Part shown: one piece after another, positions 56,218 to 58,206 of the stretch
How positions within the stretch are numbered: the stretch's first letter is position 1
Layout of the letters: each line of letters begins with the position of its first letter
Notes under the pieces: generated by a model
Told to the model about the DNA's origin: nothing
The model's database searches: none
What the model saw: the letters and a program-made list of their open reading frames with translations, nothing else
Program-made: the position numbers and the translations under genes
Source of the DNA: an uncultured Clostridia bacterium
GTDB taxonomy: Bacteria; Bacillota; Clostridia; Oscillospirales; Ruminococcaceae
NCBI GenBank assembly: GCA_947588775.1
Contig: CANPZQ010000001.1
Span: 1-58,206, forward strand
Length of the DNA: 58,206 nt
Reading direction: 5' to 3'

Positions 56218-56904
56218 ATGAAGAAAATTTTTGCAATCGCCCTCGCGGCAATGCTCGCAGTCGCGCTCTGCGTAAACGTATTCGCGGCTGAGGCTACCGT
56301 AAGCGGCTCATTCACCGTTACCTTCACCGATAACGATTTCGACAGCGCGATTACTCCCGGAACCTACACTTCCGACAAAATCGCTTCCATCGACGGCTAC
56401 GGCACCCAGTTCGCCGAGCTCGCTTCCATCATCGAAACCGTTGCTCCCATGGACAAGGTAACCCATGTAGACGTAACCGTTAAGGCCAGCAACACCGACC
56501 CCTGCTGGAACGGCGCGGGTCAGAAGGTTGAGCTTATCCAGAACGAGAGAACCGGCACCCAGCTCGCCGTTGCAGACTTCGCCGACGGCGTTGCCACCGT
56601 TTCCGCCGACATTCCCGCCGGCACCACCAAGCTTGTTCTCAACCCCTTCGCCTTCTCCTCCACCGCCGGTGAAATCACCTTCGACGTTGAGGTTAAGGTA
56701 ACCGGCGACTTCGAGGCTGCCGCCGCTCCCGCCGAGGAAGCCCCCGCCGACACCACCGAGGAAGCCCCTGCCGACACCACTGCTGAGGCTCCCGCCACTA
56801 CCGAAGCTCCCGCTGCCACCGAGGCTCCTAAGACCGGCCTCGCCTTTGCGGTTGTTCCCGCCGTCATGGCTCTCGCCGCCGTTGCGGTTGCCAAGAAGCA
56901 CTGA
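56218..56904 (+). CDS. small secreted surface protein with C-terminal APKTG sorting signal
   Basis: signal peptide ..NVFA/AEA; acidic Ala/Pro/Thr/Glu linker; C-terminus EAPKTG + hydrophobic stretch + KKH; ATG 56218 after GGAGG. Confidence 0.7.
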   Translation: MKKIFAIALAAMLAVALCVNVFAAEATVSGSFTVTFTDNDFDSAITPGTYTSDKIASIDGYGTQFAELASIIETVAPMDKVTHVDVTVKASNTDPCWNGAGQKVELIQNERTGTQLAVADFADGVATVSADIPAGTTKLVLNPFAFSSTAGEITFDVEVKVTGDFEAAAAPAEEAPADTTEEAPADTTAEAPATTEAPAATEAPKTGLAFAVVPAVMALAAVAVAKKH

Positions 56905-56937
56905 TTCGGGGAAGCTGTGGGAAAATGATAAAGAAAG

Positions 56938-56963
56938 GCACCTCCGTTTGGGGGTGCTTTTTT
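56938..56963 (+). terminator. intrinsic terminator after the APKTG protein gene
   Basis: gcacc (56938-56942) / ggtgc (56953-56957) plus TTTTTT 56958-56963. Confidence 0.75.
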
Positions 56964-57004
56964 GTGGGGGTGGGCGATGGGGGTGTTTTGGGTGCGATTT
57001 GACC

Positions 57005-57087
57005 GCGCGGCGGAAAAAGCTGCTTTCTGCGCCCCACCCGCCCGCCCATGAAGATTTCGCGCTATTTCCCCGCTTTTTCCGCCGCGC
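57005..57087 (-). repeat. hairpin/G-core repeat unit U12
   Basis: arms gcgcggcggaaaaagc / gctttttccgccgcgc (identical to the U3 arms); interior tttctgcgccccacccgcccgccc. Confidence 0.85.
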
Positions 57088-57109
57088 TTCTCTCGTTACT
57101 GCCATCGCA

Positions 57110-57193
57110 GGCGCGGCAAATGGGGCGGGAGGTCAGCGGGAAACCTTAGCGGGCGGGCGGGTGGGCGCAGGCACCAGCCCCATTTGCCGCGCC
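57110..57193 (+). repeat. hairpin/G-core repeat unit U13
   Basis: arms ggcgcggcaaatgggg / ccccatttgccgcgcc exact complements; interior gcgggcgggcgggtgggcgcagg. Confidence 0.85.
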
Positions 57194-57301
57194 GTCCTCA
57201 CCCGCAAAGCCCCGCCCCTCCATCAACCACCCCCGCGCCCTGCCATACAAAAAATCCCCCCGCCGGCTCCGCTGCCGACGGGGGACGCTTTTGCGAATCC
57301 C

Positions 57302-57874
57302 TTAAATCTGCTTTGCAAGCACTCTCGTGCGGTAGTAGGGGACCGCGGCGAAGGTGCCGAGGATAATCAGGTCGATTATCATTACGGCGATTACGAGAAT
57401 GCCGTTCAGGAACATCGACCAGAGCCATTCGTCGGAAATCGGGAGGCCAATCATCGCGGACATGCCGGAAAATTCTGCGGGCATGTACTCGCCCCAGAGG
57501 AGGCCGCCCGAGAGGGTGAGCGAAACCCATCTTCCGAACGAGCCGAGCATCGTTCCCCAGAGCCAGCCGAGCTTCTTTCCGGCCGCAAAGCCGCAGAGGA
57601 AGATGAGGGTGTAGGCGACGACGTAGTCAAGAAGCATTGACTGCCAGCTGATTGAGATGCCGCCGCCGAGGACATACTGCAAAACGCCGTTCACGAAGCA
57701 GCAGAGCAGGCTGTACTTCGGTCCCCAGCGCAGGCAGTAGATTAGAATCGGAACCAGCGCGAAGTCGATTGAGCCGCCGAGCGGGAAGCGGTAGAGGCGG
57801 ATGTAGCCGAGGACGGTCGCAATCGCAATCATGATTGCGCCCTCGACGAGTGCCAGAAGCTTTTTGTTTTTCAC
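57302..57874 (-). CDS. thiT: ECF-transporter S component, thiamine-specific (ThiT-like)
   Basis: 190 aa, 6 TM, GTG start; directly downstream of a TPP riboswitch. Confidence 0.75.
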   Translation of the reverse strand: MKNKKLLALVEGAIMIAIATVLGYIRLYRFPLGGSIDFALVPILIYCLRWGPKYSLLCCFVNGVLQYVLGGGISISWQSMLLDYVVAYTLIFLCGFAAGKKLGWLWGTMLGSFGRWVSLTLSGGLLWGEYMPAEFSGMSAMIGLPISDEWLWSMFLNGILVIAVMIIDLIILGTFAAVPYYRTRVLAKQI

Positions 57875-57963
57875 GGAAATAACCGTCCTTTCTTAATTCG
57901 GGCATAAAAAACGCCCTGAAATGGTGTCATTCCTGAGCGAAATTAACGGTAATGAAGCAAAAA

Positions 57964-58048
57964 CTCCCTACGTCGGTATTAACCGCATCAGGTCATAGGG
58001 TCAAAGAGAACATCTTTATCTCAACACGTCGCTGCGTGTCCCCCTGTT
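57964..58048 (-). promoter_or_regulatory. TPP (THI-box) riboswitch
   Basis: minus strand cagggggacacg..gtgttGAGAtaa..ACCCtatgACCTGATgcGGTTAATACCgaCGTAGGGAg matches the THI element consensus. Confidence 0.85.
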
Positions 58049-58060
58049 TTGACGAGGAAT

Positions 58061-58089
58061 AATATAGCACAAAGGGGCGGGTTTGTCAA
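58061..58089 (-). promoter_or_regulatory. promoter of the TPP riboswitch-thiT unit
   Basis: minus strand TTGACA (58089-58084), 17 nt, TATATT (58066-58061). Confidence 0.6.
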
Positions 58090-58206
58090 GTGCTTTTTTC
58101 GGAACGTGGCGCGGGTCGTTTGGAATTTTTGCGCGTATAACAGAAATCCGGCGGCGGTATTCTGGACTCTGTCCTCTGTTTTCTGTTATCTGATGGGGTC
58201 GGCGCG

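Overview
This is a GC-rich, gene-dense chromosomal segment that looks like a Clostridia-class Firmicute. The signs are lipobox lipoproteins, PKTG-type sorting signals, T-box and TPP leaders, and TTGACA-17-TATAAT type promoters.

Gene content, left to right:
- the 3' end of an AgrC/LytS-like kinase, two ABC exporter genes, and a decayed IS1-family transposase;
- a ~22 kb run of 17 genes, all on the minus strand: an OmpR/HK pair, a 939-aa double-FtsX permease, a HlyD-type adaptor, a GH26 lipoprotein, a tightly coupled 12 kb operon, and two MacB/LolD-type ATPases. The 12 kb operon encodes a ~975-aa solute-binding protein, two MalF/MalG-type permease pairs, an NHL/TPR protein, a Yip1-like protein and an 851-aa secreted protein;
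- a 654-aa PKTG-anchored surface protein, then rny;
- T-box -> methyltransferase -> thrS, a serine-recombinase relic, secDF, a lipoprotein and glyQS;
- an orphan promoter-to-terminator small-RNA candidate, and an ECF sigma/anti-sigma pair;
- feoA-feoA-feoB plus a Cys-rich FeoB-associated peptide, CNNM/CorC, PHP-GtrB/CsbB-YfhO, pduL, a second PKTG protein, and TPP riboswitch-thiT.

The most unusual signal I can support directly is non-coding. There are 13 copies of an ~80-97 bp hairpin element with a GGGCGGGCGGGTGGG-type core. They sit BIME-like, in alternating orientation, in six intergenic clusters. Arm changes between copies are compensatory, one copy carries a G20 tract, and ~230-250 bp composite copies bracket the feo operon.

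The best protein-level candidate for an undescribed system is the SBP / 2x MalFG / NHL-TPR / Yip1 / large secreted protein operon.

All protein names come from motif recognition by eye. No searches or folding programs were run. Start codons were refined by RBS inspection and may be off.
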